A stretch of DNA of 42,982 nucleotides from an uncultured Bacillales bacterium (GTDB lineage: Bacteria > Bacillota_I > Bacilli_A > RFN20 > CAG-826), in the NCBI GenBank assembly GCA_946630435.1, contig CAMOYS010000003.1:1-42982 (forward strand). The letters are read 5' to 3'. Of the stretch, positions 8,621-17,688 are shown piece by piece (positions within the stretch are counted from its first letter, which is position 1; each line of letters begins with the position of its first letter). A program made the translations under genes and the position numbers. Below the pieces are notes generated by a model. That model had not been told where the DNA came from, searched no databases, and saw only the letters and a program-made list of their open reading frames with translations.

Positions 8621-9181
8621 TATTTTTTATGTAAAAGTTATTTCGCACGCTTTACAAATTAAAGACAATTTAAAGCAACATATTTTATATTTTTGGTATG
8701 TTTATATAACTATCATTTAAAACGCTTGCGCTTGCGCTTGTTTTATTCAATTTAAGAACATATTAAGAATTAAGTTAACTAATAGAAAGTTAATAATAAG
8801 TTAATTAAAACTATTTTATAAGACACGGGGAATGGCTAAACATATCGAACATTATTATATAAAATTGTTCGATTTCTTATTATAACTTTGTTATGTTTTC
8901 CAGTTTGTAAAAAATCTTAATTATTTACATAGAATTTTATTAATAAATTAATAATATGCTCGTTTTTGGTATATTATGGCTTTTAGTGGCTTATTTAATA
9001 GCGTTATTTAAGAAATTAAAGCCGTTTAACGCTTTGAAATAGTGTTGTTAGGTTGCTGGGGTAGGGTCTTATTAAACCCGTGAAAGACTGGGGCGGTTTA
9101 AGTCCTTTACCACCCACAAGAAAAAAAGGACTTCCCAAAAATTCTTGAAAAACAAAAGGGCAAAAAATTATGCAAAAGGTG

Positions 9182-9210
9182 TTGACAACGCTTTATATAG
9201 AATTTAGAAT
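9182..9210 (+). promoter_or_regulatory. Near-consensus sigma-A promoter of the serine recombinase operon
   Basis: TTGACA-17 nt-TAGAAT, A-tracts upstream, AAGGAGG RBS at ~9225-9231. Confidence 0.85.
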
Positions 9211-9240
9211 TAAGTTATGCCGAAAAGGAGGCGATGAAAA

Positions 9241-9990
9241 GTGAGAAATGCGATAGGTTATGTTAGGGTTTCGACCAATGAACAAGACGACAAGTTTGGT
9301 ATCGAGGCGCAAAAAGAGGCAATTTTGAAGTTTGCCGATGAAAATGGGTTTGTGATTGTCGAGTGGGCGAAAGATGTTATTAGTGGGGCGAGCGAGAATA
9401 AACCAGCGCTCAATTCTTTACTATATTCGATAGATGTGAATAACCCGCCTTATGAAGCGGTCATAGTTTTTAAATACGATAGAATTGCGAGGGAGATGTT
9501 GCAACTTTGCTATGCGGTGCTTGAATTTAAGCGCAAGAACATTGAACTACATAGCGTCCACGATGATATGAATTTAGAAAAGCCAGAGAATAAGTTGATG
9601 TTGGCGGTCGTTGGCTATTGTGCGGAAAAAGAGCGTGAGAGCATTAAGATTAGAACAAGTGCTGGTAGGTTACAAAAGGCGAATGGTGGTGGTTACGCTG
9701 GTGGGACAGTTCCACTTGGTTACACGACTTTACACGGAAGATTAGTTTTAGAGCCGAGCGAAAAGGCGGTTGTGCTTATGATTTATGAAATGGTTAAAAA
9801 GCAAAAGATGTCTTTAAATCGTGTGGCGGAATATCTAAATGATAATAATGTTAAGTCCAAGCGTGGCGGAAGATGGACGGCTCGAAGTGTCAAATACATC
9901 ATCGACAACGAAAAGTTTTATCGTGGTTATTATAAATACGGAAAAGACGGAAAGTGGGTTAAGGGCGAACACGAAGCCTTATTTTATTAG
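9241..9990 (+). CDS. Serine recombinase (catalytic plus recombinase DNA-binding domain, no zinc-ribbon/coiled-coil tail)
   Basis: YVRVST..Q catalytic Ser, D..SG, K.DRIAR, E.ER..I..R, GG.VPLGY, W....V..I..NE.Y.G. Confidence 0.92.
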   Translation: MRNAIGYVRVSTNEQDDKFGIEAQKEAILKFADENGFVIVEWAKDVISGASENKPALNSLLYSIDVNNPPYEAVIVFKYDRIAREMLQLCYAVLEFKRKNIELHSVHDDMNLEKPENKLMLAVVGYCAEKERESIKIRTSAGRLQKANGGGYAGGTVPLGYTTLHGRLVLEPSEKAVVLMIYEMVKKQKMSLNRVAEYLNDNNVKSKRGGRWTARSVKYIIDNEKFYRGYYKYGKDGKWVKGEHEALFY

Positions 9991-9992
9991 TT

Positions 9993-10247
9993 ATGAAAGC
10001 GATTAAAACTTTGAAATCATTATATAAATACACTCACGAAAACCCTAGCGTTGATGTTGTTTATATTAGTATGAAATTAGCCAATTATATAACTTTATTA
10101 GAACACGAATATATAGATAGCATAACTAGAGGCGTTCCAATGAAACCAAAACACCAGCAAGATTATTGGTTATTTAATGACTGCATTGTTGCAAATGGAA
10201 CTAAGTTTTTAGTAGAGGAGGCAAAAAATGAAATCAATTTTAATTAG
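9993..10247 (+). CDS. Hypothetical protein (84 aa)
   Basis: ORF coupled to the recombinase stop. Confidence 0.65.
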   Translation: MKAIKTLKSLYKYTHENPSVDVVYISMKLANYITLLEHEYIDSITRGVPMKPKHQQDYWLFNDCIVANGTKFLVEEAKNEINFN

Positions 10248-10326
10248 TATCAAACCAAAATATGTAGCCAAAATCTTAAATGGCGAAAAGACCATAGAAA
10301 TTAGAAAAACTTGCCGAAAGATATAA
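10228..10326 (+). pseudogene. Truncated ASCH-domain gene (32 aa)
   Basis: MKSILISIKPKYVAKILNGEKTIEIRKTCRKI*; GxKxxExR ASCH signature; GGAGG RBS; stops right after the motif. Confidence 0.75.
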
Positions 10327-10344
10327 AGGAGAGTTGGAATTGTT

Positions 10345-10557
10345 ATGATTTATTACAGCGATATGGACGAAGATATTAGAGAGATAACTAACAAAATTAG
10401 TGAATTAGGTTATTACTTTGACAATCCAAAAGAAGTAGCAACTTTATGGAAAGAATATAGCAATGGGGTTTGTGCTCAATGGCTTGTAGTATATGATATG
10501 ACTTTAAGGCATTTTGCTGAATGGCTAAAGGAAAATAAGGAGATTGAATACTTATGA
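10345..10557 (+). CDS. Hypothetical protein (70 aa)
   Basis: ORF with RBS. Confidence 0.7.
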   Translation: MIYYSDMDEDIREITNKISELGYYFDNPKEVATLWKEYSNGVCAQWLVVYDMTLRHFAEWLKENKEIEYL

Positions 10558-10736
10558 AATATAGTGCATATCCAGTAGAAAATAAACCTATTATTGGAGA
10601 AGACGACCAATATAAAAAATTGATTATTTGTATGATAAAGTTTTTGGAAAATAAAACTGATAATTTATATCAATTTTTGGAAGATAACAATATTAGTTTA
10701 GAAACATATATGACTTTTAGAGGTAATTATTTATGA
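10554..10736 (+). CDS. Hypothetical protein (60 aa)
   Basis: ORF, AGGAG RBS, ATGA overlaps. Confidence 0.7.
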   Translation: MKYSAYPVENKPIIGEDDQYKKLIICMIKFLENKTDNLYQFLEDNNISLETYMTFRGNYL

Positions 10737-11146
10737 CTAAAGGTTTAGAAGCATTAGAAATTATCGTTGATAGACTTGCTATAAAAAAATATGATGAAAG
10801 TGGAAATCTTACATATTGGAAAAGCACTATAGATGAAGAATATCAAGTCATCGAAAAAGAACTCAAAGATGTTGATGAAATTATGTCTAATCATAACTGC
10901 TCTGATTTAATCGAATTAAACGAAAAATTATGCGATTATGAAGAATTAAAGTTCGATGATGATGTTAAGCAAATGAAACTTAAAGCGTTAGAGATTGTTA
11001 AGAAAAAACGAGTTCATACCCGTATGCTTCAAATGGTAAATGATGATTTTACTTATCTTGATTACAATAAACAATTTGCGAGAGAGCCAAGCGAAGATTT
11101 AACTCAAGAAGAATACGACTTAGTGAAAGGGGTATTTTATGACTAA
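10733..11146 (+). CDS. Hypothetical protein, MTKGL-ALE paralog 1
   Basis: Shares N-terminal, central and C-terminal blocks with 11139..11399. Confidence 0.8.
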   Translation: MTKGLEALEIIVDRLAIKKYDESGNLTYWKSTIDEEYQVIEKELKDVDEIMSNHNCSDLIELNEKLCDYEELKFDDDVKQMKLKALEIVKKKRVHTRMLQMVNDDFTYLDYNKQFAREPSEDLTQEEYDLVKGVFYD

Positions 11147-11399
11147 GGGTTTGTTAGCGCTAGAAAAAATTTGTAATAATTTCCCTCTCAACTCGACAAG
11201 TGGTTTTATAATTCCTATCGAGAAAGAATTGAAAGCACTAGAAATTATGACTAAATATGACTTGAAAAAGAGCAATATAACAAGATTTAACAATTATGAC
11301 GACTTTATTAAGACTATGTATTTAGGCATTGATGGGGTGGTTTATGATGAACACCCTAGCAAAGAAGAATTTGATTTATTGAAAGAGGTATTGCTATGA
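11139..11399 (+). CDS. Hypothetical protein, MTKGL-ALE paralog 2
   Basis: MTKGL.ALE.I / IEKELKALEI / EEFDLLKEVL shared with the previous gene. Confidence 0.8.
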   Translation: MTKGLLALEKICNNFPLNSTSGFIIPIEKELKALEIMTKYDLKKSNITRFNNYDDFIKTMYLGIDGVVYDEHPSKEEFDLLKEVLL

Positions 11400-11701
11400 A
11401 AGTAACGATTTATATGCCAATTAATTTATATTTAGATTGTCGCATAAATAGAAAAGAAATAATTAATAATACGATAGCCGAAAAAATAAAAGAATTAATA
11501 TACAAAAACGGGACTAGTTTAGATATTAAGATAAGACAAAGACCACATAATGTGTTAATAGAACCATTACCGATAATTAATGGCTATGTTAGATGTTATT
11601 TAGAAAATGACAAAGAGTGGTTTCATACACCAGAAGAAGTTAGAAAATATTTGGAAGAAAATTGGTATGACTATGTAATTGAATATGAGGTGTTATTATG
11701 A
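11396..11701 (+). CDS. Hypothetical protein (101 aa)
   Basis: ORF, GAGG RBS, ATGA overlap. Confidence 0.75.
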   Translation: MKVTIYMPINLYLDCRINRKEIINNTIAEKIKELIYKNGTSLDIKIRQRPHNVLIEPLPIINGYVRCYLENDKEWFHTPEEVRKYLEENWYDYVIEYEVLL

Positions 11702-12198
11702 GGTTAACGAAAGAAGATAGATACGGACATTTTTATACAAATAGAGCGAGTTGCAGAAACATTTGGTCTTTGGACGGAAAAAAGTTAGAGGGAGAATATT
11801 TTGAAAATCAAACTCTTGCTATTGATGGAGAGGCAATAGATAAACTTGGTCAATTAGAAGATGTATTAAAAAAATACAATTTAAACAATGTTGAAGAATT
11901 AGATATAGTTTTAAACGCTTATTTTAAAGCCGTTGATGAACTTATAAATAAGCCACAAATAATGGATAGGCTAAATCAACTTGTAGCCATTGAAAAAGAA
12001 CTTGAAATAGACTTTATTACATTGTTTAAAGCGGTAAATAATGGTTTTTGGTTTAAGAAAAATGACTTAATTATGTTTACGGACGATAATAGAACTTATT
12101 GGTCTAATTATGAATTATATGTTCCAAGTTACGATTTATGGGTAAAACTTGCAGACTACGGAAAAACTTGGGCGTTAACTAAGGAGGAATTGCTATGA
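11698..12198 (+). CDS. Conserved phage hypothetical protein (KLGQLED...DYGKTWALTKEEL type)
   Basis: C-terminal motif common in Firmicutes phage accessory genes. Confidence 0.75.
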   Translation: MRLTKEDRYGHFYTNRASCRNIWSLDGKKLEGEYFENQTLAIDGEAIDKLGQLEDVLKKYNLNNVEELDIVLNAYFKAVDELINKPQIMDRLNQLVAIEKELEIDFITLFKAVNNGFWFKKNDLIMFTDDNRTYWSNYELYVPSYDLWVKLADYGKTWALTKEELL

Positions 12199-12449
12199 AA
12201 ACATTATTAATTGGTTTTTATGATTACCCTTATTTATCAAAAGCGTATGAATTAGAAAACGATAAAATAACCAAAATTAATTTAGACGATAGAACTTTCC
12301 ACTTAATTAACGACTATAATTGTAGTTGGTATAAAGAAGAATATAGCGAAAAGGAAAGAGAAGATATTGAAAAGTTGTTTAATAAATACGAAAGGGTAAT
12401 TGCGTGCGAAGATAGTGAATATTGGTTACTGAAAATGTCCATAAAATAG
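12195..12449 (+). CDS. Hypothetical protein (84 aa)
   Basis: ORF, AGGAGG RBS. Confidence 0.75.
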   Translation: MKTLLIGFYDYPYLSKAYELENDKITKINLDDRTFHLINDYNCSWYKEEYSEKEREDIEKLFNKYERVIACEDSEYWLLKMSIK

Positions 12450-12479
12450 GACATCGTTAAATCTTATATAATAAAAATA

Positions 12480-12508
12480 CACAAAAGGGTGTTAATCGCA
12501 CCCTTTTT
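12480..12508 (+). promoter_or_regulatory. Terminator-like hairpin upstream of terL (copy 1 of a repeated late element)
   Basis: AAAAGGGTG-TTAATCG-CACCCTTTTT; 16 nt identical to 25005-25020. Confidence 0.65.
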
Positions 12509-12532
12509 ATATGCTTTAGGAGGTAAAATAGT

Positions 12533-14218
12533 ATGGGAAAAAGTCCATTTAACATCGTATTCGAGTTTGCAAAGAAGCAAAACGGAAAATCACAGCAAAC
12601 AATTCGTGATTTAGTGCAAATTGTGAAAAACGACATCAAAGCCGACCCACAAAAAGGTCTTTATTTTGGCAATAAACTTAAAAACTATTTAGATATTCTA
12701 ATTAAACAAGAAACTGATTTAACAAGTTTTTATTATGATTGCTATTGGCAAGTGCTTGTTGCCGAAACACCATACTCGCTAGATAGTTACTTTCAAGCGT
12801 TAGAGTGGAATAGACCTATCAATGAAAGATTTTATTTACCAAGAAGAAAACAATTACTAGATATAGTCAAAGCATTAGAAGATTTATTTATATGGGACAA
12901 ATATGATGAATTATTTTTAAGTCAACCTCCAAGGACTGGAAAATCAACGCTTGTTTTATTCACATCTACTTGGCTTTTAGGTATGGATAGCGAAAAAGCG
13001 AACTTATATTCAAGTGCTGGAGAAAGTTTAGTCAACACTTTTTATGCTGGTTTAACCGAAATTTTAAATGACGACCACACTTATTGCTGGCAAAAGATAT
13101 TTCCAAACGCATTTTGGGACAAAAACTCATTTATGAACTCAAAAGAGTGCTATTTAGATGTTGGGAGAAAGAAAAGATACCATAGTTTTACTGGAAGAAG
13201 TATTGATAGTAAGAGTTTAAATGGTGCGTGCGATTGCAATGGTGTTTTAATCGCTGACGACTTATGTAGTGATATTGAAGTCGCTATTAACAAAGAAAGA
13301 TTAGCCATTTTAAACCTTAAAGTTAGAAACAATTTATTATCTCGTGCGAAGATGGGTGCAAAAATCTTATGGATAGGAACTAGATGGAGCGACGCTGACC
13401 CAATCGGTGCTAGATTAGAGAGTTTAGAGAACACTACAAAGCGTTTTAGAATTATTAATAGACCAGCACTTAATGACAAAGACGAAAGCAATTTTGATTA
13501 TTTATTTGGCGTAGGTTTTAGCACTCAATATTATTTAGATTTAAGACAAACATTTATAGATAAAGACGATGGTGCTAGTTTTAGTGCGATGTATATGGGC
13601 GTTCCAGTAGAGCGTAGTGCTTTGTTATTCCCACACGATGAATTGAGGACTTATAACAATGTTTTGCCTAGTGGCGAGCCAGATAGAAAGTTCGCATTTG
13701 TCGATGTTGCGTGGGGTGGTGGCGACTATTGTGTTATGCCAGTAATTTATCAATATGGAAACGACTTATATTGTGTAGATATGGTTTGCGACCCATCGAA
13801 TAAGAAAATAACACAGCCAAAAATCGCAAATATGATTATTAAACATAAACTAGGTAGTGTTTGTTTTGAAAAGAATAGAGGTGGCGATGAATATAAAGAA
13901 GATATTGAGAAGATTTTAGACGAAAACCATTTCTTTACTAATATCCAACAAAAGAACGCTTTTGCAATTCAAAAGAAAGGTGCAAATAGTAAGGAAGTTA
14001 AAATCTTTGAACACGCACCACAAATCAAAGAAATCTTTTATTTATCTTCTAAATATCGTTCAAATGACTATAAAAAAGCCATTGAATTACTATGCAATTA
14101 TTCTTTAACACGCAAGAAACAAAAGGACGATGTGCCAGACGCTCTTGCTGGTTGTATAGATATGTTTAGGGAAGTAGTTAAGCGTGTTGAAATCAAAGCC
14201 GTTATGCGTCCATTTTAA
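12533..14218 (+). CDS. terL: Terminase large subunit
   Basis: Walker A QPPRTGKS, Walker B LIADD, IGTRW coupling motif, nuclease DVAWGGGD and KDDVPDALA; precedes the portal. Confidence 0.93.
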   Translation: MGKSPFNIVFEFAKKQNGKSQQTIRDLVQIVKNDIKADPQKGLYFGNKLKNYLDILIKQETDLTSFYYDCYWQVLVAETPYSLDSYFQALEWNRPINERFYLPRRKQLLDIVKALEDLFIWDKYDELFLSQPPRTGKSTLVLFTSTWLLGMDSEKANLYSSAGESLVNTFYAGLTEILNDDHTYCWQKIFPNAFWDKNSFMNSKECYLDVGRKKRYHSFTGRSIDSKSLNGACDCNGVLIADDLCSDIEVAINKERLAILNLKVRNNLLSRAKMGAKILWIGTRWSDADPIGARLESLENTTKRFRIINRPALNDKDESNFDYLFGVGFSTQYYLDLRQTFIDKDDGASFSAMYMGVPVERSALLFPHDELRTYNNVLPSGEPDRKFAFVDVAWGGGDYCVMPVIYQYGNDLYCVDMVCDPSNKKITQPKIANMIIKHKLGSVCFEKNRGGDEYKEDIEKILDENHFFTNIQQKNAFAIQKKGANSKEVKIFEHAPQIKEIFYLSSKYRSNDYKKAIELLCNYSLTRKKQKDDVPDALAGCIDMFREVVKRVEIKAVMRPF

Positions 14219-14295
14219 CGAAATATGTTAACACTTTCGCATTTTATCTTTTTAATGCGTTTATCTCTTTGCTATTAGTGTAAATAGGTAGAAAT

Positions 14296-15663
14296 ATGGC
14301 GACTTTTGGAAGAAAAAAGATAATCACAACTTATAAAGAAATCAACGAAAATAATATCGCTGATGTTTTAGCAAAAAGTTATTCTATTCATTTAGAAAAT
14401 CTTACCGCAATTAATAATTTGTATAACTATTATCGTGGTAATCAAGAAATTTTAAGTCGTGTGAAAGCCGTTAGAAGCGACCATAACGCTAAAATTGTTG
14501 AAAATCACGCTTTTGAAATCGCCAATTTTATCGCTGGGTATCTTCTTGCTAAACCAATTCAATATATTGCTAATGGCGATGTTAATGTTGACAAGTTAGC
14601 GAAATACAACGCTTATGTTGTCAATACATTAAAAGAAAGTCAAGATATGGTTTTGGCAAAAGATAGGTCGATTTGTGGAACTGGTTATCGCATTTCTTTA
14701 CCTTTAGACGATGTAAACCAACCTTTTGAGGCTTATGTCTTATCTCCAAAAAACACTTTTGTCGTTTATGGCAGTTCTATTGGCAACAAAGCGTTAATCG
14801 GTTGCACTTATCACGCTGAAACAAACAAAAACAATGTTGAAGAAATCATCATTGAAGCATATACAAAAGATTACTATTACAAATTTAACAACACAACAAG
14901 TGTATTAGTTGATAAAAAACCTCACACAATGGGCGAAATTCCTATTATCGAATACCCATTAAATGAGGAAAGAATAGGCTCATTTGAGCCAGTTATAACT
15001 ATGCTTGACGCTATCAACCTTATTGATAGTGATAGAGTTAACGCTATTACACAATTCGTTCAAGCGTTCCTAGTCTTTAAAAATGTCGAGGTTAATGAAA
15101 AATTAGTTAAAGACCTTAAAGATTTAGGTGCTATCCAAATTGCTGATAATGGCGAAATTCAAGCAAGCGTAAGTTACATCACACAAGAACTCAACCAAAG
15201 CCAAGTCCAAACTTTTAAGGACGATATGCTACAAACTATATATAAAATTGTCGGTATGCCTCAACAAAATAGTGGAGGTGGTGGCGACAATGGTATCGCT
15301 GTTATCTATAAAGATGGTTGGACGGAAGTTGAGGCTAAAATGCGACCAAACGAACTCGCATTTAAAGATAGTGAAAGACAATTCCTTAAATTATCGCTCG
15401 CTTTCACTAAAACTATGACAAAAGGCAAAGTCGATTTAGACCCAAGCCTTATTGAAATCAAGTTTACAAGAAGCAATTACGAAAACATCGCACAAAAAGT
15501 TGACGCTTTCGTTAAGTTAATGTCTTTAAACAACATTGACCCATTGCTCGCTTATCAAGTCGTAGGCTTATTTAGTGACCCAGAACAAGCCTACCAAAAG
15601 AGCCAAAAGTTTATTAAGGGAAACCCAGTTACCGAAAATGAAAAAGGAACTGAAAACAAGTGA
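14296..15663 (+). CDS. Portal protein, SPP1 gp6 family
   Basis: LYNYYRGNQ.I, N.A.EI..F..GY....PIQY, G.IPIIEY..NEERIG.FE.VI...DA; size and position. Confidence 0.92.
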   Translation: MATFGRKKIITTYKEINENNIADVLAKSYSIHLENLTAINNLYNYYRGNQEILSRVKAVRSDHNAKIVENHAFEIANFIAGYLLAKPIQYIANGDVNVDKLAKYNAYVVNTLKESQDMVLAKDRSICGTGYRISLPLDDVNQPFEAYVLSPKNTFVVYGSSIGNKALIGCTYHAETNKNNVEEIIIEAYTKDYYYKFNNTTSVLVDKKPHTMGEIPIIEYPLNEERIGSFEPVITMLDAINLIDSDRVNAITQFVQAFLVFKNVEVNEKLVKDLKDLGAIQIADNGEIQASVSYITQELNQSQVQTFKDDMLQTIYKIVGMPQQNSGGGGDNGIAVIYKDGWTEVEAKMRPNELAFKDSERQFLKLSLAFTKTMTKGKVDLDPSLIEIKFTRSNYENIAQKVDAFVKLMSLNNIDPLLAYQVVGLFSDPEQAYQKSQKFIKGNPVTENEKGTENK

Positions 15664-15928
15664 TATTCCACAACTATCTCTTACTAGGTTAGTTGAAAAA
15701 CTTAATCAAGGTTACGAGTGTGATGTGCGATATATCAACGAAAGGGTCACAATAGGTAAGTCTAAACGCAAGTTGCTCTATAAAGTGCAACAGCAAGACG
15801 CTAACCAACCTTATGTAATGGTTAGTATCTTGCAAGCGTTAGACAGCAACCCAAACGCTAAAATCGAGTTTAAAAAGGAAAACGACAAATTAGTTATAGT
15901 GGTTGTTGAACGAATAAAAATTTATTAG
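15638..15928 (+). CDS. Hypothetical protein between portal and scaffold
   Basis: ORF track 15575..15928; ATG at 15638 preferred. Confidence 0.6.
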   Translation: MKKELKTSDIPQLSLTRLVEKLNQGYECDVRYINERVTIGKSKRKLLYKVQQQDANQPYVMVSILQALDSNPNAKIEFKKENDKLVIVVVERIKIY

Positions 15929-16045
15929 GTCAAAAGGGACTTGCAAAAGTCTTTTTTATATTCAAGTGATAGAGAAATCACTCTAATCAAACGCAACAAA
16001 CTTGAAAGAACAAGTATAAAAATGCAAAGGAGGTCATAAATTGGT

Positions 16046-16612
16046 ATGACAAAAGAACAATTAGCAAAGTTAGGTATCGTGGTTGATAAGGACTTAACTG
16101 ATGATGAAGCATTTGACTTAATCGAAAAACACAACCAAGACTTAGTTAATGAAAAGTCAAAACTCAAAAATCTTAATGACAAGTATTCTAGTGAAATCGC
16201 TGGTTTCAAGAAGAAAGAACAAGACCGAATGAGCGACGACGAAAAGAAAGCAATGGCTCAACAAGAGTTAGAAAATGAACTCAAAACATTGCGTAGAGAA
16301 AATGTAGTTAACAAAAAGGTTGGCGAACTTATGGAAGTCGGTTATGGCAAAGAACTTGCTACTAAAATAGCGGAAGCCGAGATTGATGGCAAATCTACAG
16401 CCAAATATCATCAAGAATTTATTACCGCTAGAGAAGAAAGTTTAAGAGCCGAATTATTAGCAAAGACACCAAAGCCAGGCGGAACTAACGGAACTACTGA
16501 AACAAAATTTACAAAAGAGAACTTTTCTAAAGGGCTTATCTCTATGGAAGATATGAACAAACTTCGTAGTGAAAACCCAACACTATATAATGAACTTATT
16601 TCTAGTAAATAG
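16046..16612 (+). CDS. Capsid scaffolding protein (DUF4355-like)
   Basis: Charged coiled coil directly upstream of the capsid gene; AGGAGG RBS. Confidence 0.8.
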   Translation: MTKEQLAKLGIVVDKDLTDDEAFDLIEKHNQDLVNEKSKLKNLNDKYSSEIAGFKKKEQDRMSDDEKKAMAQQELENELKTLRRENVVNKKVGELMEVGYGKELATKIAEAEIDGKSTAKYHQEFITAREESLRAELLAKTPKPGGTNGTTETKFTKENFSKGLISMEDMNKLRSENPTLYNELISSK

Positions 16613-16662
16613 TTTAAAAAAGTCCTCTTACAAACAAATCAAATTTATAGGAGGAAATTATT

Positions 16663-17661
16663 ATGAAACAATTTGATTTAAAGAACTGGAACGCTGAGGT
16701 ATTTCTCGCTTATACAAGAGCAATCGCTGACCCAGTTAAAACAAGTTTAATTGAAGCGGGCGTTTTCTATTATGATGAAGAATTAGCCCAAAAATTCCCA
16801 GCACAAGTTGGCGGTAACTACGCTGTCCGTCCAATTACTGGTTTATTAAGTGGCGACGCTATCGACCTTGATGGTGCTACCAACATTGATGATGGCTCAC
16901 TCAACACTTATGCACAAGGTATCGTTGCCTTACACATGGGTAAATCATTTACCGAAAAAGACTTTACTTATGACTTAACTGGTAAAGACTTTATGGTGCA
17001 AGTTGCCGAACAATTACAACGCTACTGGCAAAAACAAGAACAAAAGAAAATGCTTTCTATCTTAAAAGGTATTTTTGGCTCTGCTCTTGCTTCTTCCATC
17101 GTTGCAAAAACTTCCGTTGCTTCTACCGACATTATTGACGCTGTCCGTGGTATCGGTGGCGACAACGCTGATTTATTCAAAGTCGTCTTTATGCACTCTG
17201 TTGTTGCTAAAGAATTAGAAAAAACTAATGCTATTACATACTTAATGTATAATGACGCAAATGGTATTCAAAGACCAACTAACATTGCTGTTTGGGGTGG
17301 TCGTGTTGTTATTGTAAACGACCAATGCCCAGTTGCCGACGCAGAAGATAGCAAACACACCTATAGAACTTACTTCTTAGGCGAAAGAGCATTTGCTTAT
17401 ACACCACTTGCTGAATTAGTCCCAGTCGAAATGTCCCGTGACGCAAAGACCAATGGCGGTCAAACTTCTTTAGTTAGCCGTGATGGTTTAGTCCTCGCAC
17501 CAGAGGGTGTTTCCTTTAAGGCTAGTGCCATTTCTTCCACCAACAAAGTTACAAACGCTTTACTTGAAACCGCTGGTAACTGGGAAGTTGTCAACGATGG
17601 CAACGGACACGCTGTCGATAAAAAGAATATCCCATTCTGTGCTATCGACTACACACTCTAA
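16663..17661 (+). CDS. Major capsid protein
   Basis: 332 aa; MHS.V...L, G..VIVND..P, Y.TY.LG..AF, PVE..RD...NGG...L.SR; strong codon bias. Confidence 0.88.
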   Translation: MKQFDLKNWNAEVFLAYTRAIADPVKTSLIEAGVFYYDEELAQKFPAQVGGNYAVRPITGLLSGDAIDLDGATNIDDGSLNTYAQGIVALHMGKSFTEKDFTYDLTGKDFMVQVAEQLQRYWQKQEQKKMLSILKGIFGSALASSIVAKTSVASTDIIDAVRGIGGDNADLFKVVFMHSVVAKELEKTNAITYLMYNDANGIQRPTNIAVWGGRVVIVNDQCPVADAEDSKHTYRTYFLGERAFAYTPLAELVPVEMSRDAKTNGGQTSLVSRDGLVLAPEGVSFKASAISSTNKVTNALLETAGNWEVVNDGNGHAVDKKNIPFCAIDYTL

Positions 17662-17688
17662 TTGAGTAATTATTTATGGAGGTAGGAT

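Noticed and set aside
9241-9990. IS607 transposase or tail-fibre invertase
   Set aside because: No N-terminal HTH, no tnpB, and no inverted fibre cassettes or repeats seen near it or in the tail region.
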